From assembly GCA_964057225.1 (NCBI GenBank), contig OZ059897.1:12524001-12588000 (forward strand): DNA of 64,000 nucleotides. Direction: 5' to 3'. Shown here piece by piece: positions 23,601 to 37,200 of the stretch. Each line of letters opens with the position of its first letter. Position 1 is the stretch's first letter. A program made the position numbers and the translations under genes. The notes under the pieces are model-generated. The model was given only the letters and a program-made list of their open reading frames with translations, did not search any database and was not told the DNA's origin. Source of the stretch: Auanema rhodensis. Taxonomy: Eukaryota > Animalia > Nematoda.

Positions 23601-26600
23601 TAGCTAAATGGTCTGTGAATCCGGCTCCTTCAAATACTACATTAGCTACAATTTCAAATCAAGAAGACAAAGATTAGGCATCCTAAGTGAATATGGTCAA
23701 AAAACATATATCTTATGACTTAGTTAAGTATGAATTATCAAATACATTGGGGCGAGAAGTTTTTTTTGTAGAAAAAAAACAGCTGCGTCTGCTTAATCAT
23801 CGAATTTATCTTAAAGTCTTTGTCTGTATAACAGGTTCGACTATGTAATCATGATATTATGAATAATTAAAATAGTTAGCTATATATATACATATAATAT
23901 AGAAACAATAAATAGCTCCCAGAACCTTTTTTTTAATTTATATATTCAAACGACACGAAAATTGAAGGAAGCGGAATGGAATGCGATGAAGAATTAAAGA
24001 AAAAGGAGAAGACCGCAGGCAGGACATTGGGCTAGAAGGAACTGGGTCATAGGTCTTTCCTTCGTTGTCGTCGTCTTTCTTCATCTTCTTGCCCTCCCAT
24101 CTTACCTATCGTGTCTACCTATCTGTCTTGCAGTTTTTCTGATAAGTCACATCAGCAGTTAGCATGAAAGTCAGTTAGCTTATATGATATAGGAAAAATG
24201 AGTTAGAGGGGTACGGTATCATGCACAGTTAGATAGACTGTATAGGATAATAGAATAAAGATAACAGCTGTCGTTAGGTGTAGGATGGAAGGACAATCAT
24301 TACCTGAGGCCATCTAACATCTGGAAGACATTCATTGAAATTCATGAAGCGAATAAATGGAATAGCCTTCGATCTTTAGCGTCCATAGTAATATTGGATT
24401 TTGTTTTGAGTTACAAAAGAACAAAATACATGAAATAGTCTAAAGATGAGCGAAGGAAGCGAAAAACTTCAACCATCGCAATACGCTTTTGACCTGGATC
24501 GTAAGGTTACAAGAGAAATGTTTAATTTATGAAAGATGAAACTTTGTTTCAATCGTAATCATAACATGAATTAATATAAGAATATAGTAAAAAAAAGTGA
24601 TCTTGAATCTTCTATTATCTAAATGTTTCAGAAAAAGTTCTAGAAGTCAACTAAAGTTCTATCAACCTATATTTACATTCATTCAAAAAAAATTGTATTT
24701 TGATCAGTTAATTTCTTTTTTTTTTTAGTGTAGCTAACTAACCCCCCTTTTCCAATGTGATTGACAGACACAAGAGCTAAGGCCGAACGTTTTAGCAATG
24801 ATGACTAAATACAGAATTGGAAGAAATACAGCTAGACAGGACAAGAGGATGAAAAACTAAGAAAGATAACGCTGTCGAAGCCTCTTCTTTTGACCCACTT
24901 TACCGGAAAAGGAAAAAAACGGATAGGCACCGGATGACAAGTGCAATTCATCAGATGGAATTGGAATTGAAAAAAAAAAGAATATATATATATATATATA
25001 ATTTAGACAAATAGAGAAAATATATGAAGAGATAATTAAAGGTTTGAAATTTAGAAAAGTTTTCCGATAAACTTTAATCATGAACTTTTCAATTGTATTA
25101 TATATCTCTTTCTATTGTCAAGTTAACATATCATTCCCCAATATTTTATCCAAAACTTTTTGTCTATCAATCAGTCATTTTATCTGACATCTCAAATAAT
25201 TTTAGCTATGCTGATAGTTCAGATTCGACGATAAAATCAACGTCGTCCCGATTATTTTTCAAACGACAAACTATGACGCTAAATTGCTAACCAAGCCATA
25301 AACAACTGTAATTAAAACTATGTCATCAGATACATCACAATGATTTTAAAGAATTAATTTTAAAATATTTACAAAATATATAATATAATGAGAATAGTTA
25401 TAAAAATTGTTCGAAACAGTCAATATGCAAAATAAAAAATGAAAATGAGCGATTTACTTGAAACAAACATGGTTAAAGCTGGATGCAAAAGCATGCAAGC
25501 CTTAAAAGAGGCTTTTTACTTCTGGCCATCTACAAGAGAATCTCGTTTTCTCGCTTTCATTATTTAATATTTACGCGATTACGGTTTGTGTGTATGAGGG
25601 GGGGGGGTGGATATGTATAAGTGAATAATTATTTTAGATGAAAAGAAGAAAAGAAAGAAGATGGAAAAATAAATATAAAAAAAAAGTTCAATATCTGGTT
25701 TTTGGCTCCGGATGTACATATATTAATAGTTTGTAGAGAGGATGATATTATGTGGAAAATAGAAACTAAGATCGATTTCTACATATATATCAATTCTTTT
25801 AGTAAAGCTGATTTATGATTATCCTGGAACAACAGGAATAGAAGTAAATTTGAATACATAAAAACAGAACCGAATGAAGCGTTAGAAAGATGATGACAAT
25901 GAGAATAATTCAAGAGGAGGAAATGATGAAAAGACATGTCAAAACCGGGTATAGTTAAAGAGGATAACTAAACCTTGCAAGATCATGACTGATGTCCGTA
26001 ACTGAATGAAACGATGAAAAGACGTTGGAAAAGAAAAGTTGATTGTGTAGTAGAAACAGGATTACTTTGGAAAGGCTATAGAGCGGTCATTTCTCGCCTC
26101 ATAATAAACTTTGTCGGCCCGCTGGTGGCTTATCGTAAAACCAATGCTATGACATCAAGAATTAGCCACTTAAGAGCATCCGACCAAATATATTCCATTT
26201 TCTTTTCTTTTAAGGTAATAATATGAGTTTATATAAAGAAGAATAGCGCGAACCTAGATCGTTTAAACATCTTTCATCCATTTCAACTATCTTTGTCATG
26301 GATCGTCTTTACTCGTCTTAACGTTCGTTAGAAATTGTACTCATCTATAGACACTATTCTATCACTTAGGTGCTTTTTCTGTTAAAAAATATTTCATCTC
26401 ATCATATACATCAATATATCTTGTCAAAAGAGAAGATTTCAGGCCATCTACGACGGCATTTGATGTGAGGCTAAAGAAAATTGAACTATCCCGCTGTGAC
26501 AATGTCAAATCAAAATACAAAGATTCCGAATTGTGGGTAACCTTCTACCAATTTATAATACTGTTTTTTGGATCATTCCATGCAGATAAATTGAAAATAA

Positions 26601-29600
26601 TCTATTTAGTTTGAAAGTTTTGAAGATGTTTTATACGAAACATGAATAGTTCATGAAACGAATAAAGAATAAAATAAATTACCTTTATTTTCGATACAAC
26701 TTATTTTATAAAAGAAGAAGAAAAACGATGACAAATCTGAAAATAACAATAATTAATGAAGAAGAAAAAGAAAAGAATAAATTAAAAAGAGTCATATATA
26801 TCGGAATACAACCGATTATCAGGTACATAAATTTATAAATAGACATATAATTAAAATATTCAAATTAAGTTTAATATTCAAATTATGTTAATTAAATTAT
26901 GTTGTCATAGTAAAGGTTATATATAAGTAAATTGTTAGTTTGACACCTAAATATTGTATTTATATCCAATTATATGATTAATCAATATCAATATATTTAT
27001 ATATAAATTCTACCATTTCTATATTTATACGTAATAATAATTTATTGTTTTAATATTTAATTATAAATAAACGTAATTATAAATATAAATATATATACTA
27101 TATGTAAATGATAAGAATCTTTTCCTTTTTATTTAATTTCTCTATTACAGTACTATACCGTCATCTTTGACACCTTTTAGATATCTTTGGCATGCCTTAG
27201 ATTTGATATGTATCCAATCCTAATAAGATGCCGGTAGTTATTAAATAATTTATAATGTGAGAACGGATTATAGCATAATTAAAAAAGACTTTGGACTATC
27301 CGCATGTATAGTTAGTACTTTATAAATATACTTTTTTTCATTTACTACTTGTGGACTCAGATAGTGCTGCAACATACAACATCTTTTCTTCTATCAATCA
27401 TATCGATAGAATTTTCATTGACAACTCGATCTATTCTTTGTCTTCTCTATTCACATTTTGCCTTTTCATTCTCTTCATTTTCAACGATTTATAGACACTC
27501 ATAGGATGATAATATGATTTTCATGAAATATAGACGTGATCCTTTTTTTACTATTATTTTTATTTTTAATGTACTGTTTTTCTTGTTTAGTAATGTTAGA
27601 TCATGTTTTCTAATGTTTCTAAATTATTTTACATATATGATATGTCTATATAATATTATTATTATTATATAATATTACATACATGATTAGCATATCATAA
27701 CTATATTTGTTTCAATTATTTCACATGAATTCTTTATTCATGTATATATTTGAAATTTAAAACAATCTGACGTGGTGATGTGAATGGAATTTTTTTTGTT
27801 TTGTTCTCATAGACTACCTGTAATATTTCAATTCTCCACCTCCTCCTTCATATTTAGTATAAAATGAAGTATTTTTTGCCAGTTTTTGACAATTTTTTTG
27901 TCTTTTGATGATGAAGTTTTTGTACTTCTAAACGTTGTCAACAAAATCTGTTGTAACCTACTTTTTGTTCTTTACTAATTATCTCATTAACTTTTTTTTT
28001 AAACAACATTTCTTATCAACATTTCTGAATGCTATATTGAATTTCCCCCCTCCCCCCCCCAGCGTAAGAATTAGTTCGTCCTTCTATCTTTTACTATTTA
28101 TCTGTAATAGAAACGAGAGAATATGTTTGTTTTGTATAAGCATTAGAGACAACGATAGAAGTACTTCTCAACACCTTTTCGTCCACTTAAGCTACTATAT
28201 TACCATAATATATAGATTATTAGTCGAAACTAACCAAGTATCCTCTGTTTATACTTTTGATTTCAATGACTCCAGCGATTAGGACAATAGGAAAAGCATC
28301 AAAAATCGAGAAATAGTTGAAACAGCTTGATAAACGTTGAGACTATATTAGAATGATGATGCAATGAAAGCTAAATATTATGAATTATTATGTCTTTTTT
28401 CATTGTTTTTATTAATTGATCAAATAATTTCTATTATATAGAAGATATATATACTTTAGATATAATAAGATATATTAAAAGAAGTAAAATAAATCCAGAT
28501 CAGAAAGTAAAATAATGCTGGATAATATAATAAATGAAAAACTAGTTTTTTTCACTTCGATTGACTTGATTTTATATTTTCTGATTCACATATATGCATG
28601 TACATTGCTTTATAAAGCTGTTTTTCTTTTAGATAAATATATAATGTAAACATTAAGATATATAACTTATTATATATTTTATTTCCCTTTAATATGCTTT
28701 TATATTGCTTTGTAACCCTAAGCTGACAAGATGAGGTGTGAATATCCTTAGGTCATATTTCCTTAAGTGATATATTTGCCTAGTAAATGATGGATTACAT
28801 TGATTTGTTGATGCTATTTACCTCAGTTGTTCTGATATCTTGTAACTATCTTTCTCTTGCTTCTTTGTCTCCTCTCTTCAACTTTCTTAGCAAAGTGATA
28901 TCTTCCTATCTCAGCTGTCTGCAAGCTTTACTTACGCTGTAATTTTATGGTCGGCACGCGGATAGATTTGTCGACTTCCAGCCATCTGGAAGCAATTTAT
29001 GTTTTCTGCTCATCGTTATCGTTTATCACTTGCGTGCCATCTGAATTTACAGAAAAGTGATATATGAATTCTACCGTTCATATCTCTTTCATCATGATGC
29101 TTCCAATTGGCTGAATGTAAAGCTGAATCATCCACATGTATTGGAATGATAATTCTACAATATTCTACTATTTCTACAATAATTTTTGTATTTTGAAAAT
29201 TCAAAAAAAAAAAATGTGAACATAGAAGGATATTTTGATAAGTAATTTTAAAATATTGATGTTTGCTTGGCTATTGTTTTGGCCTTTAGACCCATACTTT
29301 ATCGGTTTTTGAGCTTATTCACAATCTCTTGTTTTCAAACATGATCGTTTTCAACAATTTTTGTTACAAACGAAACCTATTCACGCTGTAAAAGAGATTT
29401 TGATTTCGTTGATATTTGCCATACATCAACAATCCACCTAATCCTATTTAGGTTCATCATGAATGGATATCATTCCAACCAGTTCTGCTATACTCTGCAC
29501 AATGACATTTCTCTTTATTGTCTTGTTCTTTTTCTGTCTTTCAATATATCTTCATCTCTGAATTTTCGAATTGAAGCCTTTTTCTCTTTTGATGATACAG

Positions 29601-30810
29601 CCCATCAGTTTCAATATTCCGTATCTGCTGATGAGTCATCTCTTAGTTTGAGACTTGTCATAGACATGCTTCATGTTCTGCACTACGAAGATATTTATTT
29701 TGCTGTCCATGCAGCTAATTGATTCTTCTGTTTCATTCACTTTATTGTTAAATCATTCGTTTTCTTTTAATTTTATCAGATAGATAGTTAGTTGAAAGAA
29801 CGGCTTAAATTGCTTTGATTGCTCATTCGTCTCTATTGAATTTGCTTTTCGTTTTTTCTGACTATCCGTCAAAGTGAATTCGTTTTTTTCAAGTTTCGTT
29901 AATTTGCCTTATTATCAGATTCATTTATTAGAATAAATAACCATTTGATTAATTGTATTGCTTGTTTACCTTTGTCTAATAATTCTTTTGATTGAAAAAT
30001 CTTTCTTTTTTCATATTTTTTCATAGTTTCTATTATATTTAACTGAGAGTTACAACATTTTCAAAATTATTAATAACACTTATACTTCTAGCATTTTGAA
30101 CTTTTATAGTTTAGAATTTACATGTTTTAAACATTTTTTTTTCATTTTTCCTTGTTGAAGTGTATTATATAACCAGTTCATGTTATGAGTCATGTGTGTT
30201 ATCTATAAAACATACTAACATCATCTTCCAAATTTGATCATTTTACTTTTGTTTTCACCCACTTTATGCAGGTTTTTGTACTTAGTAATCGTTTAAAGAG
30301 CATTACCCCCTCATAATTCCAATTTTACCTTTATACTCTGTTCTGTCTTTCTCTCTTTATTATCATTTTCAATGATTTTGGATCTGCAGAGATGTCAAGC
30401 TCATAGACAGGTGTCAAGATTTCTTTTTAAATTTTGAATTTCATATTATACTTCACTATAACTCTAATTTATCTCATTATAAGTATTTAAAAGATATTTA
30501 AATATTATTTTAAATTTATAAAGTGACATAGTCAGTTGTCTTGATGATGAAAGTGATGACATGGTCTGACATATAACGTCGACTGACGTTCTCAAATTGC
30601 CCTCAGGGCTGTTTGTGTCAGCTTTCTCACCTATTAAGACAATAGAGGATAGAACAAAAAAAATATCTCAGTCACCTCCCATCTGAAGAATCATTGGAAT
30701 CATTGCTCCATTCAATTTATTTCATTCATCTCTATGATCTCGTCTGCTGCTCTTATTGACTTATTTCAGTTAATTTCGTAATAATTCTTTTTTTTTCAGT
30801 GTAAAGCATA

Positions 30811-31254
30811 ATGAACACTAAGCTAGTTTTCATTCTTGTTGTGTTAGTCTCAGCTACCCAGGCTGATTGGTGGGATGATTTAGTTTCTAAGGCTTCTGAT
30901 GGACTTTCTTCTGCTGGAGATTGGATTCGAGAAACCGCAGGTCCAACAGTTAGGTTAGGCTTCTTCCATCTGAACTTCACAATTAACTAAAACGATTCAG
31001 AGAGAAATTCAATGATGCCAAGACTACTCTTCAAGACCCAGAGACTCACCGAACAATCAAGGAATGGATATCAGAGGTTTCAACTTATTCTTTCGAGTTT
31101 ATCTTAAAATTCTTAATTTCAGAAGGCTGAAGCAGCTTCTGAGTTTGCTCAAACTGAAGTTTTACCCGAACTTAAGAAAATCTATAATGCTGCTACAGCT
31201 AGTAACGAAGAACAGCCAATACCAACTCCTCGTCCTAACGAAGAGTCCAATTAA
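30811..31254 (+). CDS. Small secreted amphipathic-helical protein, 116 aa, 3 exons
   Basis: Exons 30811-30953, 31001-31076 and 31123-31254, all GT-AG and in frame, with a TTTTCAG trans-splice-like acceptor at ~30799. Protein: MNTKLVFILVVLVSATQA|DWWDDLVSKASDGLSSAGDWIRETAGPTVREKFNDAKTTLQDPETHRTIKEWISEKAEAASEFAQTEVLPELKKIYNAATASNEEQPIPTPRPNEESN*. Missed by the ORF track. Confidence 0.88.
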
Positions 31255-33261
31255 CTCATGTAATATCAATGTAATAGCATAAATTTCTGTTACCACAGAA
31301 CGCAAACTCCCTTTTCAATTTGATTTTCCGGCTTTACGGTTTCCCTCGACAGTTTACCTTGATCTATCGTAATATTTTTTTTCTTTTAATATTCAAACAT
31401 TATTATAACAAAATATAATTATTATGTATTTGATCAATAATTATAAGATCAATAAATTTATTTATTTAAAACAAAGAAAAATAATATTATAAAGAAATAC
31501 ATATGTATACATATACAAATATATCATTTTTTCCCCTTTATCTTGGAAATAAATATTGAAACGTTACGAAATTATATTCTGAAATCTTGAATCACATCAA
31601 CTATCATCATGGATGCTACTATGAGCAATAAATGTATTCATAAAACATCTTTTCAAATATATGACTTCTGTCATTTGAAAATGGTTTTTTATAAATTTGT
31701 ACGAAAGAAACTACCGTTTCATATAAACATTCAAATATTATATATTGAAGAGATATATATTAATATATACAAAACTTTCACTTACCTCTCCTTTAAATCC
31801 CTTCTTTTATTAGTTTTTTTTCTTTTTTATGACTTGTCCATCTATATGTTTCCTCCTTGTATAACTTACTTCATTCATTCATTCATTCATTCAGTTTTCT
31901 TTCTTTAACTTCAACTCTCTTGAGGTTCCCAGAGTGTGATGAAAACTCACATTGAGTCAGAAGAGTATGGCATTCCAATGGATTGATATACCTGAAGATG
32001 AATCAGATTCAGGTTATGTATCACTGAAATTGAACGAAACAAGATAGAAAGGCAGCTAATGAGAATGTGATATATGACATTCATACCCTACAGCTAAAAA
32101 TTCCAAACTAAAAATTCCATTTCAAAGTTCAATATTGGATCAAAAATCTGTTTTTTTTCTCTTTTTTTTTGTGAATATAATAAAATACAGGCGGGAAATA
32201 TAACAATATATAGTACATAATATATCCAAAACGTTCAAATAATTAGCAAAGAACAGCAAAAAAATTATTTTATATAAGTTTTATTATATTTTTATTTTTT
32301 AAATTTTATTTATAAAATATTTAATTACTTCATTTATTTAATTATTATTTTATATAATGTACTAATTAAGTTCAATGTATCATCTATAAACAGACAATGA
32401 CGAGTATGAGGATTGAAGGCAAAATATGATGTTGATGATGATCCACGGAACAGAAAGTTAGATGATGATACAGTCATCCCTCTCATGTACTACTCTTCTT
32501 CTTTGTCCTCAATGGCCTCTTATCATTCCCAAATCAATCATATAGCCAAATATAGCAAATGAATTAACTTAGGACGACGACCATATAAGGAAGGATATAG
32601 CCAGCCGAGGAAATGATGATGATGATGATCGTCTACCTTTCGCTGACGGAACTGTCGTCGTAACAGTCGTCCTCATCTTCCTCGTCTTGTTGTTGTCTTG
32701 ATTATTTTGATCATTGTTATCATCGTGTCTTCTCTCTGAATCCTCGCTTATCATCCGAATATCTCAACTCGTTGTGGTCCAGTTACCTGGGTTTATATCT
32801 ATTTCTCCCTGTCTTGGCAGTATTATTCCTCATCTCATTCACTCGTTTCTCTCTTCGTTTATCAATGCTTTATTCATATCTTATTCTATCTCTCTTTCTT
32901 CATTATCCTATCAGTGCTCATCCATACCTCCAATCATCATCTCAATTCATTAGTGTCTCTCTCTCATTCTCTTTCTCTTTCTTACTCTCTTATGGATGTG
33001 GGAGGAGGATCCTGAAGATACAGAGTCACCTAAAGAGAAAGAGAGGAAAGAAGGTTAGAAAGAAAAAGAACGAGAGAAAGATTGTGTTGGAAAGAAAATT
33101 CATTCAATCCCACCAATATCTCTGTTCTTGGAAATTTTTCTTTAATAACTAAGGCTGTATAATTGGTATAATTCCTTTAATTCTAAGTTCTTAGATAAGA
33201 ACATCTTGCTTGATTTCATTCTATTCTAGTAATACATATTTCTTATGCTATTTCATTATCT

Positions 33262-34232
33262 ATGATTTCATTTTCTAATAATATACGAGGACTATCTGTC
33301 CATATTCTGATAACAAGCTTTATACTATTCTGCCTATTATCACATTCTTCGCATGGCTGGCCCTTAGAAGGATCTGGTAATGCTCAAGATTCATCCCATG
33401 AAGATGAGATTGGACCAGAACTTGATGCTGAAGATTTATTACGACCTCCAGACACTACAGGTATATTTTGAATATAATAACTTAAAACTTTAAGAAGCAA
33501 ATGATCAATAAAGTTTTGCTTGTAAGAGCTAATGAATTATCTATTAGAAAATTTCTAAACAATTTCTTCAAAATGAGCAGTTTCTCTAGTTTCACGTTTT
33601 CTTAAGCTTTAACTTTCCTTAGTTAATTTTTTGTAATTGTTTTTTCTTGTCATTAGTTAATATATAATTAATATAATTAGATATATAGGATTTGTTTCCG
33701 TGGAAGATACAGTTTACTACGATTTTTCTGTTTTGATAACAAGGTCATAATCATTATTTTCTATTGATAACCATATAGAATATATAATCCTTCATTTATT
33801 TTATTTTATATAATTTTGATTATCAAATAATCAAAGATTAATGATAATTTCTTTTTAAAGTTCTATCATGAATTTTGATTCAATTTCACATCTTCGTAGA
33901 GTTTTTTTATCATTTTCTGTTTGAAGAACAGTTTAATTGACAGAAAAAAATGCTAAAATCTGCCATGATGCTTCTTGTTCCTGTTTCTACAACTTCTAGA
34001 TGAAATATAATTTTTATTTGGAATTTCGATAGTGGGATCATATTCTTACAAGTATTCGCACGACTCGGAATTATGTATTCCTATTTCAAGCTCCGTAGTG
34101 GAAATCGACACCTAATGCTGTCGAACTTGTTCAAGACACCTTCCATTTTCTTTCTATGTTCTCTCATCTTACCTTCATATATTATTCCGACGTAGTTATG
34201 CTTCATTTCTTTCTGCTCAACATGCTCTCTCT

Positions 34233-34288
<56 letters not shown>

Positions 34289-37200
34289 ACTTGTTGTCTT
34301 TCTCCTCCTTTATTTCCGTATTTCCCTTGCTCTCTCATCTCGTTCCATCAAGTCTCCCGTATTCTTTCTTTCTGCAGAAGCTTAACATGACTCTGACTGT
34401 CTGCACAGTCATCGTGCACAATCTTCTATGATGCTGTGATTGTCCCTTCTGTCGGCCTATTCAAACATTGTGATGATGGTATCAGGACTCCGCCCACCCT
34501 GAGGGTTGGCTAGATCTAGCTGAAGATCTCGTACCGAAGAGGTTCCACCACCCATACTCTACCTCGTTCATTTCATCGCCGATCGCTTAGTTCAGCTAAC
34601 TAAGTTCAGAGTAGATAGAATACGAGCTTCCAGTAGAAGAACATCTCACTTCTCTTCGCGTCTCACTTACTGATCATTCAACTCCGATCGACAGTCCAGC
34701 CGGCTAGATCATCAGGAGATCATGGTTTTACCGATTTCGGTAGCATTATCGCTATCGATTCTGTATCGTATAACAATCAATTTACCTGATTTACCGTATT
34801 CACGGGAATTACGAACACCAGGATCAGAAGATTTTCTATCGACATCTAAGCATCTTACTCAAGCTGTTGATAGACTTTTGCAAAATATTCCTGGAGAACA
34901 TCGCTCCTCTGTCTATCAGTTTAGGTTTGTAACCTGAAATAATTCTACGGGTCCACTCGTTTGTTCATATTTTTTAGTTATCATCAAGTTATTGGTACTC
35001 TAGCATCTCTTGATGTATATTCTGATGAAAATTCTGGTGCTGTTCGTCAAGCGTTTCTAAAGGCTTTTGATAACGGATATATTGGAAATTATGCTGTTGC
35101 TTCTGATGGATTTGAGTTTCATTCCGTCAAAGGTCCGCATAGCTAACGTTTAACTATATATTCGTAACATATCTCTTTATATCATCCTTTAATTTCGTAA
35201 AAAGCATTTTTCCTCTTTCTTCCGTTTCTTTTTCGTTTATTCTCTTACCCACTCAATTCCGTTTTGATTTCTTTCTCTCAAATCGTTTTGAATCTCGCCG
35301 TAGCGAACTAATGTCTTTGCCGAAGTTGCATCGTGTAGCTCCGGTACTGCTCCTACGACGTCGTTGTCATGTCATCGTCGTCATCCGACAACCTTGTGTA
35401 CTCTTTGTTACGATTCGGAACAAAAATGAGAGAAATGATTGAAAAACGCACTTTGAAACTGAGGACAGGAACGGAAGGAGAAATGTTTCATTTTTGGTTT
35501 ATAGAGTAAGCAAAAGGAAATGAACGCTATAACATTTTGATTTATGCAAAACTACATTGAATCAGTTGTATAACAGAAAATTCTTTTCATATGATATTTA
35601 CAAGTTTTAATATTATTTTTAGCTTCTAATACAAACTGTTCGGCTCTTGAATTCCAATGTTCTGATGGAACTTGTATTAGTGCAAAATTGAGATGTAATC
35701 ATCATAGAGATTGTCCAGATGGTAGTGATGAAAGTGCCAAATTCGGTATATTCTTATGAGAATAATCGTAAATATATGAAAAATATATTTTTAGCTCAAT
35801 GTAAACATCATATTCCCGTAATTTATCAAACGGATAAGATATTCTCTGTACCACTTGGAGGAACTATCCATTTATCAGCAATCATTGATATGCTTGATGA
35901 TAGTCATCAGGTAATCATTATAGTTTTACTTAAATTCCTTTGTATAACTATTCGGTTTAAGGTAATTTGGTCTCGTAACGAGAACATCATTGCTGAAAAC
36001 TCTTTGGCTTTAACTGATGATGATCGCTTAAACGTGTATCGTTCTCATGATGAATATTTCCTTACAATCACCAATGCTAACAGTCGTGATTCTGGAGCTT
36101 ATAAGATTCAAATTCAAGGTTTACCTGTTAACGCCACTTTTGAGGTTAGTTGCAACTTCATATGTATATTTGAAAATTTTTAATGAATATTTCTTCAAAT
36201 AAATTAATTTGAAGGTACGAATTACTGCTGATACTGTTCCAATGGAATCATCTGAATGCCCTGAAGGTGAACGTGCATGTAAATCGGGTCACTGTCTTCC
36301 AGTTACACAGTTTTGTGACCGAATCACTCAATGTCCAGATGGTGATGATGAAGCCAATTGTACTGGTATGTATCCTTTTATCATTTTCAACATTTATTTC
36401 AACAAATCAAACAAAACTTATTGCAAAGGAGAAAAAGATACGAAAAACTTGCAACATGATATTGTGCTATCTGTTTGTTTATTAGATATTTCCTTTGAGA
36501 GCATTTTTTGCAATTTTAAATTTTATTTTATTCCAAAGATAGAAAGATATTTTATATTTTTTACTTTTAAAGTCTTTTTTTGTCCCTCCATTTTATCATT
36601 ATATTACTTATTTAGGAAAAAAGTTATTGCCCATTCAAACTTTTAAACTTTTATATTTTAAAAACTGAAAATTAGGTTTTGAAGGTATTAAAAAACATAA
36701 AAAATACAAATATTCTTTAATATTTCATGTAAATTTTAATAAAAATACAGTTTTCTATTTTAGTTGTTGTCTGCTCTTCTACTGAAATTCGTTGTGCTTC
36801 AACGAATGTATGTGTACCAGCTAGCGTGAAGTGTGACGGGTGGAATGATTGCCAAGATGCTTCCGATGAAAAGGTACAAATCGATAAAAAAATCTTATTT
36901 TTAAGAATTTTTAAGAAATTTTGTTTTTTGTTTACAAAATTATTTTTAGGATTGTCCAGTTGAACCTACACATCGTCCCATTTCTCATATTAATCATAAG
37001 AAAAATTCTCGTTTGACTGTCACCTGCGAGGATGGCTCTGCTCCAGAATATAGTTTGTGAGTTTACTAATCCGATTACATTAGATTATCATTTTTGATTC
37101 ATTTTCTTTAAAACATTCAGCAAATTCTGAAGCATTCAAGCGTATTTTCAACATTTTTCATTTTCTGATTATTTTTTTCCTGATAGAGAAAGAAAGAGAG

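Noticed and set aside
29000-29900. Faint RTE-LINE-like words on the minus strand (IYL, NDL, LAAWTA)
   Set aside because: Too fragmentary and spread over different frames; needs a profile search to support.
32569-33152. Overlapping ORFs upstream of 33262
   Set aside because: Low-complexity CT- and GAT-rich promoter/UTR sequence with no splice or domain support.
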